From contig NC_134030.1 in NCBI RefSeq assembly GCF_964204645.1, positions 9,823,222 to 9,887,221 of the forward strand: 64,000 bases of DNA. The letters are read 5' to 3'. The notes under the pieces are model-generated. The model was given only the letters and a program-made list of their open reading frames with translations, ran no database searches and was not told where the DNA came from. Numbering within the stretch: position 1 is the stretch's first letter; each line of letters starts with the position of its first letter. Shown here piece after piece: positions 1 through 13,692 of the stretch. A program made the translations under genes and the position numbers. This DNA is from Tubulanus polymorphus (lineage: Eukaryota > Animalia > Nemertea).

Positions 1-1483
1 TATACGTATGTTTCCTAAAAGAAGGTACTCACTTTAAATTCCATTACGGTTTTCACAAATTTTCGAATCAATCGTTAATATATTCTAGCCCGAACTAACA
101 TCCGATATGTGTATATGCACACGATGTACGTTAATAATAATGAGAATATTGGTCCAGCGTTATCAGTCAGAATATATCTGTGTCACCTGTGTTATTATCG
201 CTAAATACACACGAATACTCAATGTTTACCTCTGACCAAACCGGCGCTTTAAATCAGAGAATCGCTGACACCGGCGCGATACCGGGAAGTCATAAGTAAT
301 GAAAATTCCACGGTTACCCCCGCGTGTATAATATACGTAAACCACTCGCCGCCCGATCGGGGCATGTATCACAGGTGCGTCTATGGGTCTATAATATGTA
401 CGCTCTTCCAGCCGGCCCGGTGTAGACACTGGAAAAAAACACTCCGCAATATATCGACTATACCCCTCTACGGATACGCGGTGTCAAGTGGCCTGGGCTT
501 CCTAGAAAATAATGCAAGAGTACAAGCACGCACACATACCGGCGAGGCGCTGAAGCACCCTTGAAACAAAACACAAATTGCTCGTGCATCACCTACCCAA
601 ATCTAACCCGCCATTGTTTGGTTAGTAACACGATGAACGTGGAAAATATGGTAATAATCTTCTTCGTATGATATTGCGTACGGACGATCGAACGTTCATT
701 TGTGTTGTCATCACACTTATAATCTGCCCGCCAGAATTCTGCAAAAATCATCAAAATCAAAAGGGTAAAATTCAAAATACTCAGTTGATAAGAAAAATTT
801 GTTTTTATTGTTTTTACTGACTGCGTGTACCAGAGCTCGCGTGCGACAGCGATACGCCACTGACATTAAGGTTCTCGGTGAAGTACAAAGGGGAAGGTTG
901 GACAGAACAGACCCCTTAATTTTGAATAGGTGTAGCATGTGCCTCGCAAATGTACCGGCCTCCCTTCGATTTTCGAGGCAGAAAAACTCCGAACCTTCAC
1001 ATTTTCAAAGAAGCCATCTCAACTACACAATGCTATGTTGCGCCATTGTGTATGACGAAAAGGCGTATCGAAGATGTCAGCACTATCTGGTTGGTAGAAT
1101 AGAGAAATTCCGTTTTGCCACGCGGGTCCATTTTGCCCCGCATCTTTCTCTGAATCCGCATCGGACGAGATCCAAAAGACAGCTAGCCTCAATAGATCAA
1201 GACAATCAATCCACATTAGTCCGGACGCAAATAGTTAGAAGCGTTTCTTTGTGAAAATAAAAAGAACTCGCCTGTCAGTATATGCTAGTAATTGTTTCCG
1301 ACCATTCGATTCGAACGCTTCCAGTTTTGTCCCAGAAAGGATAAAGATTTGAAATCTAGTGAGCTAAAATCTAGGGAAGTTTATCCTTTCTTTACTTTCT
1401 TTAGGAATTAGGAAACCCATGTTTACTGGCCGCGTGCTTGCATTGTTCAAGCATTGAAAACGACAACCCCAATAAATGAGTTA

Positions 1484-1908
1484 ATTGCCCGTTCAGACTG
1501 GTTGGAAGATTGTTTGAATGAACCAAAACCGAATTTCTCAATACTGTACTTCGATTAAACAAAAAATTATATAATTTCGACCACCGATCACACGCAACTA
1601 TATCTGTTATCTGCATTTTATTTCCTTTAAAATGCTGTATAAATTAAGTTCATCGAGCAAGGGGCTGCAGAACTATATGATATTCAATCTAAACTTATGT
1701 TTTAAAAATGAGCGCAAATCATCGCAACAATCGGGACCTCGAGGGACCGCCACAAAATGGCGCCTAGAAACTGGAAACTTCTTTATTGCCCGTTCAGACT
1801 GGATGGAAGTTTTTTTGAATGAACCAAAACCGAATTTCCCAATACTGTACTTCGATTAAACAAAAAATTATATAATTTCGACCACCGATCACAGGCAACT
1901 ATATCTGT
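1484..1908. repeat. ~124-bp direct repeat (1484-1607 and 1785-1908)
   Basis: ATTGCCCGTTCAGACTGG...ATATCTGT occurs twice. The intervening 1683-1775 is the reverse complement of ~42443-42537. Confidence 0.85.
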
Positions 1909-4330
1909 ACTTCGATTTCCGATTTCAAAACAAACCCTTTGTTTCGCTCCCGGCAGGTGTGGTGGGTATATAAGGGACACCAAAACAAAAACAAAAATCA
2001 AACGAAATCTACCAATCAAATAGAGGGCGAATCCACAAACATCTGTCGCTGTTGCACTGCATTAGTTATCGAAATAAACATTATAAATTCAATCTAATGC
2101 GTTGTTCGAGTACGTTGTAAGTTGTGTTTTATCAAATGTTGAAAATCAATAGCAGGGTCAATCCCTATTATAAGATCGAAAAGATCAAAAAGAAAACGAT
2201 ATGACAAAATTGCGCCCTTAGTACGCACTATCTAGGAGCCCCAAGACTAGTATATCAGAAGATACGTACCGCGGTACTAATCACGCGAATAACGGCAAGA
2301 ATCATAATAATATGATCGCAGTTCTGCACGCGCAAGCGCACCTTTACTCAGCTCAACAAACTGCAACTCGCCAGCAAATTAGCGCCGAAACTTCTGCCAC
2401 ACAGACGGCGACTCACCATCCAGTATCCAGTATCCAGTAAGTATCCAGTTATTTTCCACTTTTTGATCATTTTAACTTCATATTTCATTAAATTTACTTA
2501 TAGTGGCCCGTCATTCAATCGCTAATTGATTATTTCAGTTAAATGTTGCGTTTGATAGAATTCGTGAAACATCGTAAATCTCAGCCGCTTTTTCTCGTTC
2601 GATTGTTCGCGTCAGGCTCGGCTGAAAATCGGTTTTCGCGATCTCTTAGTGAATTTAAGAAATAGATTTCAATGGATCAAAAGTTTGTTAATAAAACCAG
2701 TCTCAATTAATTGTAGAACAGTTTAATAGTCCCTATTTCCTATTTTGATAATTCTAGAGGTTGCGTACACGCAATATGTGTTAACTGTTTCCATGTTCAT
2801 TACACGCGGTACATCTTTTAATTTACGCTGTAAATCATGAATTCGTTCCTGTTTGATTTGATAACGAGTTTTAACGATAGATTCAATATTTGTCTTCGTT
2901 CTAATGAACGAAACGATGTCTGAAAGAACTCCGTGTAGTGATACGGCATGAGATATTATATGAAGACACGAAATGTACAGGGGCGGGCGAAAACCATGTT
3001 AGTGCTAACCGTGGCAAGTAAACTGTGGCTAGGTGTAAATGGGTGAAGGAAAACTCTGTTAGTTAACTATATTGTCTTCGTGCGATCGACCTCTTAGCCT
3101 AACGACGGATAAGCCACCATGAATCACGGTTAGACTGACAGGGTTTCCCTGCGCCCGCCCCAGGATTTCGAACGGCAACACATTTCTCAATTGACTGGTC
3201 GCGTGATGATGAAACGAGACACGACTAGATCTGCTGCAATCATTTTGAATACTTTCTACTCATTTCAATATTGTTCTCTTGTTTGCATATATTCCCGCCG
3301 CTGCCTTTTCTCTCATGCTTATCTTAGATAACTAGAGAAATAATCGCGATAGTTCGGAACATTTTTACGAAGAAATAACGTGTATTATACCAGACAACCT
3401 GCAATATACCCAAGCAGCGTAAGAGTATAAAAAGCGCGTGTAGGAAACCGTATTTGGATGGCTGTGCACTTCTGCCAGCAAATATCAATAAAGTTTCATA
3501 TATAGCACCAACTTTATTGTTGCTTTGTGCCTTGCGCACATGTGAGATTTATCGTCATCTGTGGAGTGATAGCGTGGAAAATATTGTGAGCGAAAATTCA
3601 ATATTGGCTCCATTTCGCAAAAACTGATGCAACATGCCTAATTCATGACATCGATGTTCGACGTGACCTGTACCTTACGATCTTTATCTAGTTTAGCGGG
3701 TTATCTAAACTATTAAAAGTTTGGTCAAAACAGCTTTCAATACGACTGAATCGTGATTCTAATTGTGAATTATGAAAACCTTTAGTTGGTTTCCACATCT
3801 GTGCGTTAGATTTGACTTTTGCGACATTATAATTTAGTTCATCATGCAGTGCTCCCAGTGTGAACTCCTACGCACGTATCAAATCTATCACGCAATCAAA
3901 ATGAATGACATTTTAAGATTGACGTGACGTTTAAGTTGGTGTTTAAAGTGCTAGGTGTTAGGTCCGAGGTTAAGACTGAATGGTTATTATTAGAACATGA
4001 CGTGTTATGTACGATACCCATTCCAGTTCCATATAAGAGGTGCGCGCATGTTTATGTTTTATGTGAAACCTTGCCGTACCCCTGTTGCTGTGAACATATG
4101 ATATTCAGCAAACGATAGACAATTTTCAACCTCTACGGTTCTTTATGTCTTCCTTAAAATCAGCCGGATAATCTCCAATTTGTGACGCACTCGTCAAACT
4201 TGAAACTACCGACTTGAAAATCGAAAAAAATTTTTCTCCCAAAAGTCTTAAAATGTGGACTCTACTTCGATGACACGACGTTTGTTCGAAAATGCCAATA
4301 AATCGTCAGTGTTTACGACTCAGTCGGGCA

Positions 4331-4379
4331 TAATAATAATAATAATAATAATAATGATAATAATAATAATAATAATAAT
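4331..4379. repeat. (AAT)n microsatellite
   Basis: Seen directly. Confidence 0.9.
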
Positions 4380-4692
4380 TTATTTACTTATAAAGCGCAT
4401 TTCTATAAAACATAATCATTCCACTTCACATTATTAAAACATATAAGACAGAAGCAGATTAAAACACTAATTGTACAGGTTTCTAAAATCGAATAAACAA
4501 TATCGCAAGGTCTTATACGTGCGTTTTTCTTTGATGTTGACTATCAACGTGATCAGAGCACGAATTCGGGGAACAGTAAATCATGCTGTCAATGATGTAC
4601 GATGGAACCAACACCATCATTATGAAATTCTGACCTCGATGCTTTTACGCGGGCACACCGTGGCACCTGTTACCGTGACGGTTCGATGCGCT

Positions 4693-4922
4693 CACTCTTA
4701 GAACAAAGGGTTCTAACGAAGAACCTTTAGGGGTTCTTGGGCTTGCCTCCAAGGGAGAACTCGTAAATAGTTCTTCGATGTTCCTTAAAGAACCCCTGGA
4801 AAAGGTTCTTCGAAAACCATTTCGTACAAAGGGTTCTTGTAAGAACCCCTTTCGATATCATCAGATGGTTCTTGACAAGGTTCTTTCGAGAACCATTAAA
4901 CTTAATTCATTTTTAGGGTTCC
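4693..4922. mobile_element. CACT-starting (CMC/EnSpm-like) MITE end
   Basis: CACTCTTAGAA followed by repeated GGTTC..GAACC palindromic units. Confidence 0.5.
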
Positions 4923-5949
4923 TCGTTCATTCGTAGACTGCTCAAACCATTCAGTATTTTCAATACGGCTCAAAAAATGCTCTATTACTCTAAAACCCCG
5001 TAAATGCGATTCTGATAAAGACGAAACCCGAAAATCTCCATATCAATCAGGATTTGGATGATACGAAACCCGTTTAATACGATAATTTCACTTTTGCCCA
5101 CAAGATTCGTATTAACGAGGTTCCGCTGTATAAAGCCATGAATGAATATCAATTGACGGAACACAATCCGTGTTGTGGTCATAATAGAATCTCACGCTTA
5201 TAACGAAAAGAACTATCATTAACTCGAGGAAACATTTCAGACTCATTTTTTCGTTATAAGTGTGTTATTTCTATATATATATATATATTTATAATGGCCA
5301 TGGATGATTGAATGTGTGGTGAATGGTTAAGGGACATCGAGATGCATTCTCGACAAAAATATTTCGCCTCCATGAAAAACAAATTTGGCGTTTTTCTTTT
5401 TTGGCCACGAAATCCGAGCTGATCTTATTCTTCATATAGTGTAATAGTGTGCCTTATCAGACACCATAAATATAACGATATCATTGGGTAGCGTTATAAA
5501 CTCGAAAGTAATACGGAAATAAGGAAATAAACTTGAACAGTCAAACGAAACTTAATGCCAGATAATCAGACTGGGATTTTCTTTCTAATGATTTATCATA
5601 CTGAGACTCGTAGACAATTTTAGAGGAAATTTAACCGTGACCATTAAAGCTGTTTATTGCCGATAAATTTGATATGTATGCAATAACATCGATGATAACG
5701 GTGACTTCGTTTGTTCAAAGCAGCTGATATGCCCCGTTTATTCAAAAATTCAATGGAGCCGAATGGCACGCGTGGCGGTTTCAGAAATGGCGAGGAAGTT
5801 AATAATGATAATAGTAATAATAATAATTATTGTTATTATAATTTTGATAGTGATAATGATATCTCGTCGTCAAAGTAATTAATACTTGTACAATCTTACA
5901 TCGATTTTACAGTTGGCGTTTTACCCTCAATGTACATATAAATCGTTTA

Positions 5950-6225
5950 CATGTTAAGTAACCGTAAGAAGCAATTTCAAAAGATTGTTAGATGTTGTAT
6001 TCATCCAATCTATGAATTTATAAATGCTCGGATTATTCCAATAAGTATTGGAGGATAAAATTGCGTCTTCTCGTGTTATATAGTGGATACGGTATAGTAA
6101 AACATGGTATTCGTCTTCGATTTGAATCGAGTTACAGCTAAACAAACGTAAATATAACTCGATATTTTGTGTTCGCGGACACCGGTCATTTTTCGTCAAC
6201 ATTCGAGTTCACACGAACACGATCG
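5950..6225 (-). mobile_element. Eroded LINE 3' fragment (EDEYH motif)
   Basis: IEDEYHVLL...YW.NPSIYKF resembles the C-terminus of the LINE at 22497. Confidence 0.55.
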
Positions 6226-6649
6226 CCGGCATACTTTAGCCTGCTTTCATGTTTATGGAAGAAAAATGGTCCCTGGGAACATTTCGAAATTTGTCAGTTA
6301 TAACCATGGTTTCTCATTGTTACTATGGTGATTGTCAACCAGATTAAGGATTTACTCCTACTAAAAAAGAAATCCATCCTGAACCAAAAATGATTCATCT
6401 ACAATAGAAAAAAAGAAACACGTTTCCGACATTCCGAACCAAAATAATATATCTAGAATAGAAATCTAAACACAGCCTTCACAAAGGATAGAGAAACCAT
6501 CCAAACCTATATGTAGCCTATACACATTCATCGGTGTGATTTTGACGAAAAATCCCGTTTGCACTACATGTATACATGTATATGTATGTGAACGATATCA
6601 TTCCCATCTAACCATTGATAATTGCTCTTTCGATTCAAGGAACGTCAAT

Positions 6650-7690
6650 ATGAAGGCACATCTCTTAATTCTGGTGACTTTGTTGACAATTTTGCATTGC
6701 GTAAAAGGTGGTCTAGTTACGTTGAAGCGGAGTCCGAAGTCTAAACGATCTGCTAATTTCTTGTCCTTGTGTCAGTCATTTTGCAGGTAAGTAGTCACGC
6801 TGTGATCATTGACTGTGCGAAACAATCGATGCTTTATTGTTACGAGCTTCAATTTCTACGACCGAAGAAAGTTTTTTACGGTACAATGTGTGCATTTTTG
6901 TATATACGTCACATTTTGTATTTTTCAGAATCCAAAAGTTGTGCCCTCCGGCATGCTCACCGAATAGGACGGCAATGAACAAAAGATTTCAAGATTCGCC
7001 TTCGTTAAGCGAATATAAGTAAGATCATGTCTTGATGGTGCAATATACTGTTTTGATATCTATTTTACTTTCAAAAAATAGTTGAATTAAACTGGGGCTC
7101 TTGTATAGCCGCGTTCACACTACCACTAGTTAAACCGTTTATTTTGCTGGTTGCAGTTTGTATCAATCTATGGAAAATTTGGTACAGCGGTTCATACGTG
7201 TGCCAGATGGGCACGAGACTAAAAACGTCGGACCAGGCCTGTGCCAAATTTTAACACCAGACAAATGATTGCGTTTGCATTGCAACTGGTACTGTAAATG
7301 TCTCACTTCGCTTTGTTTAAGCATTGTCTAATAGAATTGGCCCGGGCCAAAAAAACACTGAGTGGGATCGCGGCTATAGGCACGGGCCAAATTTTGCTCG
7401 GACCTGATCCGTGCCAATTTGCCCCGGGCCAAATCGTCTCCGTGTGATCGCGGCTATGGACTCTAGGGCTGATTCGCATGTCTTATCAACAGACGCATTC
7501 AAAGGCGTATAAAGTAAAATAAGAATTATCATCCTCTATGACATGATATTCGACCCTGCTTCCACTGTTGTGTGCACCTTTCTGCTACTCATTGTTTATA
7601 TTGTTAACGAAACTAATAATATGCGATCTGCGTATTTGTAGTTTTGACGATTACGTGCTGTACAAGTTGCTAGGCAGCACTTTTAGATAA
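6650..7690 (+). CDS. Small secreted prepropeptide (91 aa; neuropeptide/toxin/AMP-like); coding exons 6650-6786, 6929-7018, 7642-7690
   Basis: ATG at 6650 gives signal-like MKAHLLILVTLLTILHCVKG. Donors AG|GTAAGT (6786) and AA|GTAAGA (7018), acceptors TTTTTCAG (6928) and TTTGTAG (7641) are all phase 2. Spliced product: MKAHLLILVTLLTILHCVKG-GLVTLKRSPKSKR-SANFLSLCQSFCRIQKLCPPACSPNRTAMN-KR-FQDSPSLSEYNFDDYVLYKLLGSTFR*. A donor at 7700|GTGAGT and an acceptor at 8338 suggest a 3'UTR exon from 8339. Exon 3 is less certain than exons 1-2. Confidence 0.65.
7107..7455. mobile_element. PIF/Harbinger-like MITE in intron 2 of the peptide gene
   Basis: TIRs AGCCGCGTTCACAC / GTGTGATCGCGGCT; the same family end occurs at 63815. 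Confidence 0.65.
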
Positions 7691-8771
7691 AGTTGTACCG
7701 GTGAGTATAATTCCTCGGAAATTTCTCCTTCGATCTCGAAATAGGTTTCTTCCCGCTTAGTTATAATCCGTCGTCAATGATAGGCAGCGTGCGATGATGA
7801 TGATGATGGTTTTAATCGGATTTCGTAGAGAACGATCGATCGATGAGCAGAACGGTCTAGTGAGACCTATATTTAGTAACAGACACGGTGTGATGCATAG
7901 AATTGTTTTCTCGAAATCGATTTCATTCATTTGAATATCGTATTGAAAAATCTCAGCAGACGACGTTTCGTGTTGGGACTTTTCTGGGCTGTCCATAAAA
8001 TACGTCCAAAGTCGAGGGGGAGTGGCTGGTGAACTTTGGAATTTCGTGGACAAGGGTCTTTTAATTCCTGTAATAAGCCAGAACAAATAATTTAGTGCAT
8101 TACATGAATTATTACTTCTTCGAATTAGGAGGGGTGAGTGCAATTTGGACATATGGGAGAGGGAGTCAGAATTTTGCAATTCTGTGTGGACGTCTTTGAT
8201 GGCGAGCCCCTTTTGGGAATCTCGACTAAGAGTCAAGGAGTGCTTTCCCATGAGTGTATTAGTGTTAGAACCAGAATTTTTGAATATTCATTGGTGAAAA
8301 TGCATTGTTTTATTGAAATGATTTTCTTCCATTTTCAGAAAGCTTCCAGCAGCCGCACAATAATTCCAGATCGTCTAATTTTCAGCATCCACCAGAAGCT
8401 AGGCCGCAAACCGAAGCATTCCGGATCACAAGTATCACAAGTCCAGTAGTAGCCTAGAGATATCCAACCATCTAATTCAAACAACAATATGGAAGCAAGT
8501 TGAAGAATATCTTACGAGTACGAGAATGAGGCAGGTTTCGATAGGTCTCAGTAGCGATTTTGGAATGCATCCTTCTGGCGCGACCGTTTCGACCAGAATA
8601 GACTCTTCTGGAATAGCCTATATCATCTGTAAATATGATTGAAGGTCGTGTTTTAATCTGGATTATCGCTATACTTAAATCTAAATATACGTACAGCCCC
8701 TTTTATGAACATTAATTACATAATATTAATGACGACTCATTAATATGTCCAGCAAAGACCCTTGCTTTATT

Positions 8772-9216
8772 AGGGAGCGTTCAAATAGTACGTACGTACG
8801 GGGGTAAAAATTATGTGCTAACTTCGTTTGGGGAAGGGGGGTAATGAAAAAATGTACGTACCTTTCTGGTAGGGGGGTCTCCCAAACATGTACGTACTTA
8901 ATGGACGAGAGATATCCAAAATTACGTCAAACATATGTCTGAGACAAAATAAATTACAGTAAACCGATCCTTATCTCATGAAATCCTACTTCTTAGTTAA
9001 TACTAGCCTTATATAGTAGGCCTAAGTGACGGTAGGTCAAAAGTTCTATTAAGTTGGATTAAGTGTCATGTTATGTCTAATTTGTTGATTTGGGGGGTCT
9101 TTCAAAATGTACGTGCGGGTGGGAGGGGGTCAATGAAATAGGTACCAAGATCATACAAGGGGTAGGGGGTCTAAAAAACGGATAAACTGGCCGTACGTAC
9201 TTTTTTAGCGCTCCCT
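8772..9216. mobile_element. TA-flanked MITE
   Basis: TIR AGGGAGCGTTCAAATAGTACGTACG vs CGTACGTACTTTTTTAGCGCTCCCT. Confidence 0.7.
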
Positions 9217-10632
9217 TATTTGAAATAAGATCGAGCAGGGGTGGATCTAGGAAAATTGATAGGGCGGAGTCCAGAAGAACAAAAAAGGGCATCATGTCAA
9301 AGACCACTAGCGGGGTCTCACCCACGGTATTGATGACATTCTCGAAGAAATACGTCCTAAAAAATTTTAACTGCGAGAGGATGAGTGACAGATTTACTTA
9401 CGGGTTTACTTATCTCTGTCTTGGCCAAAAGGGCAACCTCAATGGGAAGGCTGGGGCCCGGTTCCTCGAGACCATCCCGTAAATCCGCACCTATGGTAAT
9501 TCGCTCGATCGATCCACTTCAAAGTCTATATATATATATACATATATATTGGAATGAATTATATCCGATTGTCGAAAAGAGCATTTTCAGAACTGCTGAT
9601 TTTCAATGGTAAGACGGTGTAATGTATAATGTATGAATAGCCAGTTATCTAAGATATAAAAATTATTTTCAATAGGCAAAAACACAAAATACATCATGTA
9701 AATTAGTATTCAAATAAAATGATTTCGTTCGTCTTCGTAGGTAAAACAGGGAGCTAAGGCTTGCACGTGTGTGTTAAGAAGGTATGTTATCCGCTTCATG
9801 CAGGGACGACCAATATAGGGCCGTACCTAGAGGGGCAGATTTTAGAAAAGCGCCCTTTTGCCAATATTGTCATCCAATAGAAGCGCCTTTTTTCGGGATT
9901 TTCTGCAACAACGAATTTGACAAGCCATAAATGAAATAAGATGACATGATTAAAAGACCCATGGCTTCCATTTTGTCCAAATTAGAACACGACACATTAG
10001 ATGTATATCCACGCCGCCACCGAATCATAATCTCCGACGAAACGACCTCGACCTCAACATCGTCCCTCTCAATTGCATTTACAGATTCAACTACATAATT
10101 CTAGGTTCATCACGATTTCATTCCGCGAATCTATGAAAAGCAGTAGCTCGCAAGATAGAATGATCGTAATTATGTATTATCAAACAAACGAAGAAAGAAA
10201 AATTGGGAGGCGCAGAGATGGAGATATTACGAATCTACGTCTGCGCTGATAGTTCAGATGTGTTGGTTACGATTCAATTACGCTCCGCTCCGTTCGTTCA
10301 AACGAGCGAAATATCACAAATACGCTGTAATTTCCTTTCCCTCGCAGGTGCGAGTCGGTACAGTTGATTCCTGGCTAATTCTCGACACTTTCATGCCTGT
10401 CTAACAAGACGAAGATTGACCACGTCGGCACATTTTTTTCAAAACGAGCGACTCGGATAAATAGGTTTTATGAATGTAGATTTCGTCATTTGATTAAGGA
10501 GACCAATTTGTGCCGCAGAGTCGACACTATTTTTTTTTTCGCTAAGTATTGTTCGGGTAACTTTTTTTTCAAAGGACACCCGAGAACAGCTCGAACAGGC
10601 AAACTCTCCATTTACTTCGTGTTTTCATGTTA

Positions 10633-11165
10633 CAGTCGAACTTAGTACGATTCGGCTTACAACGAAAACCTCAATACGATGAATTTAAGAATTCCCGGCT
10701 TTCCGTTTAGCGTTTACCTATAAAAAATGTTTGCTCACTACGATTACGTTAATACGAAATTCCCGGTAATACATTCAGTAAAATCTACGAACTCCCGTTT
10801 AAAACGATCGTCCACAATGAGTTCCCACTTTTTAAAGATGAACTCGTCCGATGCGTCGTCTTAGCTTGTCAGTTACCTTATCGTTGGTGGTAAGCTTTTA
10901 TAATCGGATGGGCTTCTGCCAACCAAATTTATGGTTTGTGAAAATATCCGATGGTGGTGAAACTAAACCACAGACAGGTTACCGACTACGTCTGAGCTGT
11001 CTATTGTGTGGTGGCACTGACCGCATGTGCAATAAATTCTTTATGGTTTGTCTGTTACATGTGGTATGTTTAAGGTAATATGGAATATTGTTTTGATTAA
11101 CAAAATTCGATTAGTACGATGATTTCTCATTTCCCAACGGGCGTCGTACTAACGAGGTTCGAATG
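10633..11165. mobile_element. pogo/Tigger-like MITE
   Basis: TA|CAGTCGAAC..TAGTACGA at the left end and TCGTACTAACGAGGTTCGAATG at the right end. Related ends at ~5105-5130 and ~63347. Confidence 0.6.
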
Positions 11166-12983
11166 TGTTCAACTGCCAAACTTACAATTAACTATTCTAA
11201 AGCTATGATGATACATTATCACTTATCGATACTACTAATGTGTCAAATATCTTTCTCCAAAGGTGCTAATTGCTTGATCTCAATAGTGTCTATACAAACC
11301 ATCTCACGTACTGCTTGAATATATACCCTTATTTCATATCTACGACAACAAACGATCATCGCATGATCGCGTGCGGGTTTTAGAAAGTAGCTTAGAAGCT
11401 TCAACTTGCAGTCACTTAACTATGATGCTAAAACAATTTGTCGATCAAGGCAAGATCAACGTGATTATCTCCACGATAGCGATTAACGCATCAAAGCCAC
11501 TGCTAGTTACAACTGTAATAAACCATTTTACAGTTGCTAGCCGCCATTTTGTTAGGGTACTTTTGTCCCGTATTGTTGGGTCATTTTTTTCTCTTTTTTA
11601 AAAACTATCCGTGATGTGTATTGTATCATATTTCATCTGTCGATGGATAGATTTTGACAACTTCAGCAACATTCAAACCGCGTGAATCTCAAGTTTTCAG
11701 TTTTGTAAAAATAATTTCTCAAATTTACAACAATGCAACATGAGAGCGATATAAAAATCGGTGGTCAGTTTTTGCCGAGCGCATAGAAATCCAGGGTACT
11801 GAACTTTGAAGTTCGTTATTTTCAGAAATAATTTTCTAAAAAATCCAAACATTTCAAGCACTGTGCGCATAAACAGCCCCTTTTAGGTGAACTTTGAAAT
11901 TTTAAGATATCTTGCCTAGTTTATTTCCTATGGCACTTTAACTGCAGCGCGTGTATTGTCATTCCGAGATTCGGCGCTGTTTTCTTTGCGTGTATTTCAG
12001 TATATGGGTGTTATTTCTTCATTTTCACTACACTTGTCTCTACGGAAAATGGTTTTAATTGTTGGTACGAGTATCAGGTTTAAATATCACGTCGTTTATG
12101 CAATATAATAGATCGAAGACATTAGAGATGTTGGGGTTTAAGGGATTTTTCTGACCAGTTTTAGCAGCGAGACTGAACGGCATTTTGATCACGCATTCGA
12201 AGTTGCGCACGGGAAGAGAATATATGGGCCTATATTGAGATGGAAGAAGAAAAGAAATATAACACTCAAAATCGAGTATGATGACCATTTAAATCAGTAG
12301 TCTATCAATAAATTTACATAAAAATCTACTGAAATTAGATGGATGGAGAAGTGGTCAAAAAGCTGGACAAATGGGGTGGGGCAAATATTCAGCTACTTTC
12401 TATGAATACTTTCTATTAAGTACACTCAAGATTGATTAGATTGGGAAGAAGATATAGGAAAACGTTTTCTTGTTTTGGTGGTGAAATATCAAGTATCAAG
12501 TTCGAATGTCAGACGCAGGTGATAAAAAGTAAAAAGTGACATCTACCATCACAAAAACGCAAGAAGTGTGTGGATTGCATTTACAACAAAAGAGTGATAT
12601 TTTGGGTTTTCTTGGGTGCATGTACGTAAGCCTCTGCCTATATTGTATTGTGAAAACGTAATGCCATCTACATTTATAATTTTGTTCAGTTTATTATTAT
12701 TGTCATACAAGTGTAAACACTTTGACGAAATAAACATTATATCAGTTTTGTTCCCGACAATAAAATCAACGTGTTTAGACTTCTTTCGCGACATTTGATT
12801 TAGAGTATCGTAACAACATTAGAATTTTCCCTAAAACGTAATGGAAATAAACTGAAAACGTATTTTTGAGCACCCACTCGTAACACCGTAATTTACGTAG
12901 TTGGCAGGACTGCAAAGTATGCTCGAATTGAAAAAAATGTAAAATGCCCCCATACACACTGTGTAACAGTGAATTGAATTTTG

Positions 12984-13692
12984 CGGTTGTAGGTAAACAT
13001 CCCCTGGGTAAAAATCCCTTAGGTAAAAATATCCTAGGTAAAAATCCCCAAATCTTGAAAGTAGGTAAAAATCTCCACTTAGCGAATTTCCAAGAACATT
13101 TCAAAGCAAGATATTTCTTCAATTCTATTCATTTGCAATAAAACTGCAACGTACAATGAACTCTTTCGTTGCAATAAATTTGTAAATAAATTCTTAGAAG
13201 TAATGGAATTAATGAACTTTTTATTTGTAACTTTTTTTAATTCGAACTGAATAACTCTTTTTAACGTGGTATAGGCCTATTTCACTGTGCGATGCGATAA
13301 ATTATGAGAAATGATTAACTTTTAATTTGGAATATTTCATATTAAAGCTAGTGTAAATTTTAACTGTGCGATGAACTCTTTTTTAACTTGCGATATACTT
13401 GAACTGTGCGATAACTTTTATTATTAATTTAGTATTAATGAACTGTGTAGTATTTTCTAATTTCAATTGTACAATAATTAATATGCTCATGATATTCTTT
13501 TGCTATACCATACAATAGAATATGAATAAATTGGATATATCAATTTGAATTAATTCACCTTATGATTGAATCTAGTTGCACACTGTAAGTCAAAAGGTGG
13601 GGGATTTTTACCCACTTGAAAGAATTAGGAATTTTTACTGAGGGGATTTTAACCTTGGGAATTTTTATCTAGGGGATTTTTACCGCATACTG
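12984..13692. mobile_element. DNA-transposon remnant with repeated GGTAAAAATCCC subterminal motifs
   Basis: Motif arrays in opposite orientation at 12990-13075 and 13600-13690; more copies at ~14740 and ~16010-16050. Confidence 0.65.

Noticed and set aside
799-1254. 151-aa ORF (also 7757-8251, 19958-20365, 50688-51059)
   Set aside because: No recognisable motifs or supporting splice structure; most likely chance ORFs in non-coding or MITE DNA.
7642-7690. Local sulfotransferases sulfating the peptide's EY/DDY tyrosines
   Set aside because: The enzymes carry carbohydrate-sulfotransferase (CHST) motifs, not tyrosylprotein sulfotransferase motifs.
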